From Candidatus Fermentibacterota bacterium (GTDB taxonomy: Bacteria > Fermentibacterota > Fermentibacteria > Fermentibacterales > Fermentibacteraceae), in assembly GCA_963718745.1 (NCBI GenBank), contig OY970370.1, positions 1,479,904-1,543,903 on the forward strand: 64,000 bases of DNA, given 5' to 3'. The position numbers were made by a program, and so were the translations under genes. Shown one piece after another: positions 29,424-37,061 of this stretch (within the stretch, counting starts at the first letter, position 1; each line of letters starts with the position of its first letter). The notes beneath the pieces were generated by a model. The model did not search any database and was not told the origin of the DNA. It was given only the letters and a program-made list of their open reading frames with translations.

Positions 29424-29752
29424 ACCTTCGAATTCTCTCTGAGACAGAGGGCGCTGGTGCACTCCTCACCGTTCATGACCCGCTCGATGCACTCGAAGAA
29501 ATCGGTTATGCATGGTGCTGCAAGGGAGTAGAAGACCCTGTTCCCCTCCTTGCGATCCCTTACAAGCCCGGCGTTCCGGAGCACCACGAGGTGCCTCGAG
29601 ACAGTGGAGATGTCCTGCCCGACAGCGGCTGAAAGATCTCCGACACAAAGCTCACGGTCCGTCAGGAGATCCACCATGTGGAGCCTGGCCGGATTCGCCA
29701 TCGCAGAAAGAACAGATGCCCTCCTGCGGAAGAGTTCGTTCTGTTCGGTCAT
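29420..29752 (-). CDS. arsR: ArsR/SmtB family metalloregulator
   Basis: HTH ...ELCVGDLSAAVGQDISTVSRHLVVLRNAGLV...; extra C-terminal Cys cluster CITDFFEC...EEC. Confidence 0.8.
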   Translation of the reverse strand: MTEQNELFRRRASVLSAMANPARLHMVDLLTDRELCVGDLSAAVGQDISTVSRHLVVLRNAGLVRDRKEGNRVFYSLAAPCITDFFECIERVMNGEECTSALCLRENSKV

Positions 29753-29760
29753 ATGGTCAG

Positions 29761-29808
29761 CCTCCTTGCTTATTTTGTAAAATAGACAAACGTATGGTCT
29801 TGGTCAAG
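29761..29808 (-). promoter_or_regulatory. arsR operon promoter/operator: -35 TTGACC, 18-nt spacer, -10 TATTTT overlapped by palindrome TTTGT-N7-ACAAA; RBS GGAGG
   Basis: read on minus strand: cTTGACCaagaccatacgTTTGTcTATTTTACAAAataagcaaGGAGGctgaccatATG. Confidence 0.45.
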
Positions 29809-29913
29809 CATCGGTTGACTTTCGACTTGTTCTCCTGGGTGTTTCGAGGAAACCACGAGGCACGGAGGATGATCCGTCTGTTCAACAATGCATTTACCGC
29901 ATGCAGGCTGGCT

Positions 29914-30345
29914 TCAGGGCAGCCCCACGCCCGCGCCCAGGCTGAATAGCCAGTCGTCGGACACGTCTCCAGATAAACGCCTGTACGCACCGCCGAAGAC
30001 GGATATCAGCCGCACGGACACCATGCCTCTGGCTCCGAGGTAGGAGGCGTCGGACCCCTCCCAGAGATAGAGACCTGAGGCGCTTATCCCGGCGGTCGCC
30101 AGCGGTGCGATCATCATTATCGACCCCTTGACCCCTGCGTTGAGCCCGATCCCGTCCCGGCCCGCTGAAGCCGACGCGAAAGGCCCTGCCTCGGTGACGA
30201 ATCCCGAGAAGTCGAAGAAGTTGACTCCCAGCTCGCCGCCCAGCCGGAGCGGCCAGGAGTACTGGATCTGCGCGGTCGGATAGGCGCCCTGTGCAAGCGG
30301 AGCGACAACCAGCAGGATGACTGCCAGAAGACACCTGCGGCTCAT
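29914..30345 (-). CDS. small outer-membrane/secreted hypothetical protein
   Basis: signal peptide MSRRCLLAVILLVVAPLAQGA; Gly/Ser-rich beta-strand pattern. Confidence 0.4.
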   Translation of the reverse strand: MSRRCLLAVILLVVAPLAQGAYPTAQIQYSWPLRLGGELGVNFFDFSGFVTEAGPFASASAGRDGIGLNAGVKGSIMMIAPLATAGISASGLYLWEGSDASYLGARGMVSVRLISVFGGAYRRLSGDVSDDWLFSLGAGVGLP

Positions 30346-30457
30346 GCCTGTTCTCCTTCCGGCCCCCGAAGCCCCCGAACGCATCGATCGCAACCCGGCT
30401 CTGCTCAAGCTATCGGAGGCGAAGCTCGAGGCGATCGCCGGGAGGGAGGACCCGGCT

Positions 30458-32263
30458 CTACTCTACTACCGCGAACCTGCCGGTCGCCGAGCTTATGCCG
30501 GACATCACCCTGCATACATAGACCCCCGGAGCCAGGTCGCTGACCGTGAACTGCGGACTGCCCGCTTCGAGGATCATCTCCATGGAGTCGTACACCCGCC
30601 TGCCGGAGATGTCGAATATGCAGAGCCGGACCTGGGCCTGCGCCTCCAGGCAGAGCCTGATGACCGCGACGCCGCATGCGGGATTCGGGCTTACAGGGAG
30701 GAGGGTCACACCGCTGCCTCCCGGTTCGCCTGGCGCCATACCCTGCTGGTTCCAGGTCACCCACACCTCGTCCAGATAGGGCTCCGCTCCGGGGGCGGAT
30801 ATGTCGAGGAGAGCTCGATACTGGAACAGGCTGTCCCCTGGCGCAAGAATCTGCGAGAGGCGGAGCGGAGCTTCGAAGGGTTCCGACCATTCGCCCATCT
30901 GCAGGATGTCGTCCGATGCCCTCACCTGGAACACCAGCGAAGAGCCCGATGGGATCTCGGCGATGCAGTCGAGGACATCCCATTCCGGGGCCGCTCCGGT
31001 GTCCAGCACGCTGGACTCCAGGTAACCGGAGTTCTGGCGCCTGTCCCACCACGCAATCTCCGCCGCTCCCATTGCGGCGAAAACGGGATCTATCTCGCCG
31101 TCGCCATCCATGTCCGCTGCACAGACGGACATCGCACCGTCGAGAACAACGATCGAGTGACGTCTCCAGGACCCGTCGCTGTTCTCCCACCACACGACCT
31201 CGTCGGCAACGGCGGCGGCCCCGACCAAGTCCATGTCGCCGTCGCTGTCGAAGTCACCGGGGACTATCGAGACAGCTCCGTCGAAGTCCGTGTCCAATTC
31301 GTGTCCGGTCCAGCTTCCCGACCGCCCGTCCCACCAGCCGACCACGCCATCGATCGCGGCTGCGCCCAGGATGTCCATGCTCCCATCGCCGTCGATGTCG
31401 GCAGAGCTGGCGAAGTAGGCGCCATCGAAACCGGTTGCGATGTCCTCCATCGTCCAGGCGGTCCCTGTTCCATCGGTATTGTTCCACAAAGCGACGGCAT
31501 CCAGGTAGTAGGCCGTTCCGATGACGTCCAGGTCGCCGTCCGAATCCATGTCGGATGCACTCACGGACCATGCACCATCGAAGGATTCGCCTATGGTGTG
31601 CCTGGTCCACTCGATGGCGGAACCGTCAATGTTCTCCCACCATGCGATCTCGTCGGAATAGGCGGCCGCTCCGAGGATATCAAGGTCGCCATCGCCGTCG
31701 ACATCGCCCGTGCATACGGACCTCGCGCCGTCGAAGCCGCCGTCGATGACAAGGGCGGACCAGCTCTGTCCGAGTCCGTCCCCGTTCATCCACAGGGTGA
31801 TGTCGAAAGCCTCGAACTGTGTCTTCGAGGCGCCCAGCACGTCGATGTCCCCGTCACCCTCGATGTCGGCGGCCCAGACTGAGCTCGCCCCCGTGAACAG
31901 GGAATCGATGGAGTGCCTGTTCCACTCCGTGGCGGCCTCGTCGATCCTCTCCCACCAGGAGACCTCGCCGGTCTCCACCGAGGTGCCGACAAGGTCGATA
32001 TCGCCATCACCGTCGATGTCCGCCGGGAAGATGGAAGTCGCTCCGGCAAAGGTGTCGTCGACTACTATTGTGCTGGCCTGAAGACTGATGCCTATGAACC
32101 CGGGCACTTCCGCATAATCGATGCCGGAACTGAGGTAGAAGGTGTTTCTGAACTGCATGACCGGTCCGGAGATCCCTGGGCCGCCAGACCAGTCCGCCTG
32201 CACAGCAACATCCCCACTCGGCGCAGATGCAATAACCATCAGTACAACGAGAATCCGGTACAT
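30458..32263 (-). CDS. FG-GAP/VCBS beta-propeller protein with T9SS C-terminal sorting domain
   Basis: repeats D.DGDGD.D..G; signal peptide; CTD VRLCIFDISGRRVYD...GVYVCRV. Confidence 0.75.
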   Translation of the reverse strand: MYRILVVLMVIASAPSGDVAVQADWSGGPGISGPVMQFRNTFYLSSGIDYAEVPGFIGISLQASTIVVDDTFAGATSIFPADIDGDGDIDLVGTSVETGEVSWWERIDEAATEWNRHSIDSLFTGASSVWAADIEGDGDIDVLGASKTQFEAFDITLWMNGDGLGQSWSALVIDGGFDGARSVCTGDVDGDGDLDILGAAAYSDEIAWWENIDGSAIEWTRHTIGESFDGAWSVSASDMDSDGDLDVIGTAYYLDAVALWNNTDGTGTAWTMEDIATGFDGAYFASSADIDGDGSMDILGAAAIDGVVGWWDGRSGSWTGHELDTDFDGAVSIVPGDFDSDGDMDLVGAAAVADEVVWWENSDGSWRRHSIVVLDGAMSVCAADMDGDGEIDPVFAAMGAAEIAWWDRRQNSGYLESSVLDTGAAPEWDVLDCIAEIPSGSSLVFQVRASDDILQMGEWSEPFEAPLRLSQILAPGDSLFQYRALLDISAPGAEPYLDEVWVTWNQQGMAPGEPGGSGVTLLPVSPNPACGVAVIRLCLEAQAQVRLCIFDISGRRVYDSMEMILEAGSPQFTVSDLAPGVYVCRVMSGISSATGRFAVVE

Positions 32264-32826
32264 TCCGCACCTCCATCGATGTGATTCTGCCCTGAAACAG
32301 TATCTGAGTCAATGGCATCGATTTCGGACCGCAGACCATCCTGTTCCTGGAGCGTCGACCAGGCACGACCCTGAGATGTGGTGCAGGAGGGGTGGCAAAC
32401 CCGGGCATCTGACCGGCTGACACCGGATCCTCGTCATTTGTCTTCCGCCGATGCTCCCGGGGGGACCTCGGAAACAGCTCCAGGTCGGTGACATTCTCCA
32501 GGGTGACCGGATCAGCTGCATCTGGTGCAGGCTGTCAGGTAGTCCTGAGCGCCCGGGATTTGGTGATCCACGGCCACCCCTCACAGTCAGTGTGTTCCTG
32601 CGCCAATCGAGCGGAGCTACTTCACGAGGTCTTCCACGAAAGAATAAGTATTATCTCTAGAAGAGGCGATGGTTTCAGGAACTTCGAGAACTACAGACTG
32701 AGAGTGCGAGCACTGTGCTGCTAAACTGGACCAGTGCCCCTGTTAATGGTGTAGATCCTGCAGATCTACCTGATTGAGTGGTACACCGGCCTTTGGTCCA
32801 GTCGAACCAGCTCAGAGTCATCCTTC

Positions 32827-33111
32827 ATGCTGCGTATCCCCAGACCTGACATCAGGATAGCACAGCAGAAGACCCGCTGCTACCGCAACCCGGTCATCTT
32901 CGCGATGGAGCTCCAGGCCGAGATGAGCACGGACCATCTGACAAGGCAGCAGCTCGCGGACAGGCACGGGATCTCCCTCGACCGGGTGATCCAGTGGCTA
33001 GCTCTGCTCAAGCTTCCCCAGGCACAGCTCGAGGAGATCAAGGTGCTGGGGGATCACTGGGAGCATCGGGTCGTGACGGAGCGGGAGCTGCGGAGAAGAA
33101 GATCCAACTGA
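32827..33111 (+). CDS. small ParB-type HTH protein, cassette 1
   Basis: LTRQQLADRHGISLDRVIQWLALLKLPQAQLEEI matches ParB/Spo0J HTH (LT.EELA.R.G.S...V.N.LRLL.LP); paralogs at 34825 and 41345; true start uncertain (conserved core begins MELQAEM). Confidence 0.5.
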   Translation: MLRIPRPDIRIAQQKTRCYRNPVIFAMELQAEMSTDHLTRQQLADRHGISLDRVIQWLALLKLPQAQLEEIKVLGDHWEHRVVTERELRRRRSN

Positions 33112-33284
33112 CTCCGTGATGGAAGCCAGTCAACTCATTGATCTAGGACGGTATCTCTCCCAGTCGAAGAAACCAGTGCGGGTACTGTCTTCCCCTCTTC
33201 CTAGCTCCGGATCGTGTTTCGGATCAGAGGTTGCCTCGTCCGAGGCGGTGGGCTATCTCTTTGCATCATGACTGGAGGGTGTGA

Positions 33285-34562
33285 ATGAAGCCGTTGCTCG
33301 CACTCGCGCTCATCTTCTCCCTCTCCCATGCGGAAATCGAAGTGGCGGAGCTGTTCCGGGCCGAGACGCTGGAGGAGCTCGAAGCCGCCCTTGTCGATGG
33401 CTACCCGATGCCGTGGCTGGCTGAAGTCCTCGCCGACTCCACAATCCCCGAGGATGACCGCTACTGGCTGGACTGCAGGATGAGGGCAGTCATCGCCCAG
33501 GACATGCACCTGTTCTTCGACAGAAATGGTGATCCAGTTCACGTTGAGGCTGAATGGATCGCACCCGGCGAAGACTACTGGCGTGAGAACTTCATGGTAA
33601 ATGCAGATGGAGCCGAATCCCTGTACGACCGATCAGATCAGCCGACCAATGTAGTTTCTGAACCCGGTGTTCTGGTCGATCGCTTCGGAGAGGAGATCGG
33701 CGAGCTTGCGATGATACACCGGGGGGTCAGGTTGAGCAGGGATGCCAGCATCGGTGTTACCCTATCCGGACGACACAACGAACCCGGCTGCCCGGTAACA
33801 ATGCCGCGCCTGTGTTTTGCCTGCCTTCTCTTCCCCGATGGTTCCTTCAGGGAAACGCAAATCGGTTACGCTGGGTACTCCAATTTCGCGATCAGCAACG
33901 ATGGTAGCCGGATCGTCGTTGAGACTGAAGTCCCTCGAGATTCGGATCTCGGAGAGGCGTACACCGGGTTGGTCTTCCTGCTCGATCGGGAAGGAAGCAT
34001 CGTAGCCCGTTTCCCGATGGCGGACGGGATCATGGGTGGAGCGCCTGCTGTCTCGGCTACCGGCAGATACGTGGCGTGCAGACAGAACTCGATACCCGAA
34101 AGAGGGGTCTTCCTCCTCGATGGGGAAACTGGTCAACTCCTCTATCGATTCAGAGAAGACGTGGTCGGGCACGACTTAACGTTTTCTCCCAACGAACAGT
34201 ATCTGTGCATCGGAGGTCTCTATAGGCCAGTAGTCTTCGACTGTCTTGATCGTGAGGAGATATGGTCTGTTACCCCCTCCGATCTTGATGTTGACGAGCC
34301 TGTTCTTCGCCCTGGCTATTGTGCAGATGATGGGCAAACGTTTGTGTTCAGTTCACTACAAACTCACCCGATGCGTTTCGGTACGATGATCTTCAGAGGA
34401 GACAGTCGCCCTATTGAATGGGATTCTACTAGAGGGGTCATCCAGGTATCCCCTAACGGCGCTTGCACCTTCGCTCAGTGCTACGATGCGGTAGAGCCCA
34501 ACTCCTGGAACGACTTCCTGTGCGTTCCAGTGATCGTGAACCAGCTCGAAGGTGGTGAGTAG
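33285..34562 (+). CDS. secreted PD40/TolB-like beta-propeller protein, cassette 1 (conserved N-domain, variable C-region)
   Basis: RBS GGAGGGTG; signal peptide MKPLLALALIFSLSHA; first ~90 aa near-identical to 35742 and 41860 paralogs. Confidence 0.7.
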   Translation: MKPLLALALIFSLSHAEIEVAELFRAETLEELEAALVDGYPMPWLAEVLADSTIPEDDRYWLDCRMRAVIAQDMHLFFDRNGDPVHVEAEWIAPGEDYWRENFMVNADGAESLYDRSDQPTNVVSEPGVLVDRFGEEIGELAMIHRGVRLSRDASIGVTLSGRHNEPGCPVTMPRLCFACLLFPDGSFRETQIGYAGYSNFAISNDGSRIVVETEVPRDSDLGEAYTGLVFLLDREGSIVARFPMADGIMGGAPAVSATGRYVACRQNSIPERGVFLLDGETGQLLYRFREDVVGHDLTFSPNEQYLCIGGLYRPVVFDCLDREEIWSVTPSDLDVDEPVLRPGYCADDGQTFVFSSLQTHPMRFGTMIFRGDSRPIEWDSTRGVIQVSPNGACTFAQCYDAVEPNSWNDFLCVPVIVNQLEGGE

Positions 34563-34565
34563 AGG

Positions 34566-34745
34566 ATGAAGACGACCATCATCGCTCTCGTTCTATGCGG
34601 AACTGCCTTCTGCATCCCCTGCCACTGGGTGCGACTCCCGATGCCCAGGACTCGACGCACACGATCATGCCCGTCTACGGCGATTAACACGCTCCATTCG
34701 GAATCGACCTGACGGACAGACCCATCAGGTGTCGACGATCCGCTT
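34566..34745 (+). pseudogene. degraded 5' remnant of a paralog of the 37061 large surface-protein gene
   Basis: MKTTIIALVLCGTAFC... aligns to 43079 remnant but with indels/frameshifts; THT..H.YGDY..PFGIDLTD similarity to N-terminus of 37061 protein lost to frameshift. Confidence 0.4.
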
Positions 34746-34824
34746 GTCAGCTTGGACCAGTGCCCCACTTAATGGCGGAGAACCAGAACCTAAATCCCTG
34801 TATGGCAACTATTTGTAAGGAATA

Positions 34825-35160
34825 ATGTGGTACACCGGCCTTTGCTCCAGTCGAACCAGCTCAGGGCCATCCTTCATACTGCGTATCCCGAGACCTGACA
34901 TCAGGATAGCCCCGCCCAGGACCCGTCTCTACCGCAACCCGGTCATCCTCTCGATGGAGCTCCAGGCCGAGATGAGTACGGACCAACTCACGAGGCAGCA
35001 GCTGGCCGATAGACACGGGATCTCCCTCGATCGTGTGATCCAGTGGCTGGCCCTGCTGAAGCTGCCCGAGACGAAGATCAAGGAGATCGTGGCGCTGGGA
35101 GACTACTGGGAGCGGCGTCTTGTGACGGAGAGGGAGCTGCGGAGAAAGAGAACCAACTGA
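34825..35160 (+). CDS. small ParB-type HTH protein, cassette 2
   Basis: paralog of 32827 and 41345 (MELQAEMSTDQLTRQQLADRHGISLDRVIQWLALLKLPETKIKEI). Confidence 0.5.
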   Translation: MWYTGLCSSRTSSGPSFILRIPRPDIRIAPPRTRLYRNPVILSMELQAEMSTDQLTRQQLADRHGISLDRVIQWLALLKLPETKIKEIVALGDYWERRLVTERELRRKRTN

Positions 35161-35572
35161 CTCCGTGACGGAAGCCAGTCATCTCTTTGATGTAGGACGG
35201 CATCTCTCCCAGTCGAAGAAACAAGACGTTTCCTTCGGATTGTTGCAGCACGAGCGCAAGTCTGTTTTATACCTGTCTTCGTATACGAAATTCACCATCT
35301 CAGCACAGTTGGATGAAATGCGGAATTGGGAGTGCGTATCCTTCAGTGGCATGCCGCTTCTCTAGCCTTCCTGTGTGGTGTTGTAAATGTAGACAAGGTA
35401 AAATTTTATCTGGACTCTGCGACCGCGCTGGGTCAAAGACTCGAAGCAGTCTATCTTGCATGACGGCCCTTGACGCGGATACATGAGTGAATGAGCATAC
35501 CCCTGTCTTGTCTGACATGCTCGAAGGAGAGTGCGTGAGACGGCACGAAAACAGCATCATCCATGAAAGCGC

Positions 35573-35642
35573 CTACCTACCTACCTACCTACCTACCTAC
35601 CTACCTACCTACCTACCTACCTACCTACCTACCTACCTACCT
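35573..35642. repeat. tetranucleotide simple-sequence repeat (CTAC/TACC)x~17
   Basis: 70 nt of perfect CTAC units ~100 bp upstream of the 35742 start; single TACC in equivalent position of cassettes 1 and 3. Confidence 0.9.
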
Positions 35643-35741
35643 GTCTTCCCCTCTTACTAGTTCCGGATCGTATCCAGCATCTGTGTTTGCCTCGAAGGAG
35701 GCCATGGGGTATCTCTGTACAGACGGACCTGGAGGGTATGA

Positions 35742-37061
35742 ATGAAAGCATTTCTCGCCCTGGCAGTTCTCTTCTCCCTCTCCCATGCAGACATCGAAGT
35801 GACGGAGCTGTTCCGGGCGGAGACGCCCGCCGAGCTCGAAGCTGCCCTTGTCGACGGCTACCCGATGCCATGGCTGGCTGAGGTCCTCGCAGACTCCACC
35901 ATCCCGGAGGAGGACCGCTACTGGCTGGACTGCCGGATGAGAGCGGCGATTGCCCGCGATCTCAACCTCTTCTTCGATCGGGACGGGAACCGTGTCGAGG
36001 TCGAGTGTGACTATATGCATCCGGGTGAGAGCTACTGGCGCGAGCACTTCATCGTGAATCCTCTCGGCGAGTCGTTCCGATACGACACTCAAGATCGCCC
36101 TGCTGACGTTCCATACCTGGAGATGGAGGCGCAGCCGGGGTACATCCTGAACTTGTACGGTGAACGAGTGGGAGACATCGCTATCACCCGCGACAGGGTG
36201 TGGCTGTCGCGGGACGCCTCGGTGGGGATCTTCAGGACTGGTAATACCGATGGAATCAGCTACAATCGTGCCTGCTTCCTGTACCCCGACGGATCGTTCC
36301 GGGAGCAGCCGATTGATCCGGTGTTCGTCCAGTACGCTCTGAGCCAGGACGGGAATGTAGCTGTATTCTGCTCAAGATCGCAACATGTGCCTGAAGAGAG
36401 AAACCAGGAGGAATGGGAGTGGATGGTGTATGCCTTCGACCATGAAGGCGATCTCATTTTCGAGAAACTCGCACCATATGATCCGCTATCTGGTTCGGCT
36501 ACGCCAGCGATCTCGCCGGACAGCCGGTATATAGCTATCCCCTTCGGGACAGGCTCTGTCTGGTTGCTCGATGCTCGTACCGGAGATGTGATCCATATGT
36601 GGGGTGGGACTCCTGAAAACATGGTTAGCGGGAGCAACCTCTACTTCACACAGGACAGCAGATACCTTTGTGCCGGTAGCGTGATGGTCTTCGACTGCGA
36701 GACAGGAGAACGGATTCTCAAGGTCGGCACAAGCGCGCCGTACACACAGACTTCCGAAGGCTTCCTAGAGAGAGGGCGCAACACTTGTATGGCCAGCAAC
36801 GGAGCTAGGCTGGTTAGCAACATCTTCTGGACGAACTTCCGCCCAATCGAATTTGCCCCTTACATTTACACTTCGACTGTCGAGCTGCGGGACCAGAATG
36901 CCAACCTGTTCTATTCGGAATCGTGCGACTGGCTGCCGTTCATGTCGCCGAACGGAGAATTCCTCTTAGGGGAGAAGTACAATTCCCTCTTCTTCGGAGG
37001 TTCTGGATCAGACGCTTCGTCCACTCCGCTTGCGATCATGCGCCTCCTGGAGGTGGAGTAA
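35742..37061 (+). CDS. secreted PD40-like beta-propeller protein, cassette 2
   Basis: RBS GGAGGGTATGA; signal peptide MKAFLALAVLFSLSHA; 5' ~270 nt near-identical to 41860 copy; stop overlaps start of 37061 gene (TAATG). Confidence 0.7.
   Translation: MKAFLALAVLFSLSHADIEVTELFRAETPAELEAALVDGYPMPWLAEVLADSTIPEEDRYWLDCRMRAAIARDLNLFFDRDGNRVEVECDYMHPGESYWREHFIVNPLGESFRYDTQDRPADVPYLEMEAQPGYILNLYGERVGDIAITRDRVWLSRDASVGIFRTGNTDGISYNRACFLYPDGSFREQPIDPVFVQYALSQDGNVAVFCSRSQHVPEERNQEEWEWMVYAFDHEGDLIFEKLAPYDPLSGSATPAISPDSRYIAIPFGTGSVWLLDARTGDVIHMWGGTPENMVSGSNLYFTQDSRYLCAGSVMVFDCETGERILKVGTSAPYTQTSEGFLERGRNTCMASNGARLVSNIFWTNFRPIEFAPYIYTSTVELRDQNANLFYSESCDWLPFMSPNGEFLLGEKYNSLFFGGSGSDASSTPLAIMRLLEVE

Noticed and set aside
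30317-31882. 521-aa plus-strand ORF antisense to the FG-GAP T9SS protein
   Set aside because: The minus-strand gene has a signal peptide, regular D.DGDG repeats and a CTD. The plus frame is low-complexity.
32777-32815. Interpreting the TGGTACACCGGCCTTTGGTCCAGTCGAACCAGCTCAG repeat as a tRNA gene or fragment
   Set aside because: Its reverse complement ends in ACCA and has a TTCGACT loop-like segment, but no acceptor or T-stem pairing can be formed. It is treated as a tRNA-3'-end-like att repeat, not an RNA gene.
35563-35745. 60-aa ORF translating as (PTYL)n
   Set aside because: It is simply the (TACC)n simple-sequence repeat read in frame, not a protein gene.
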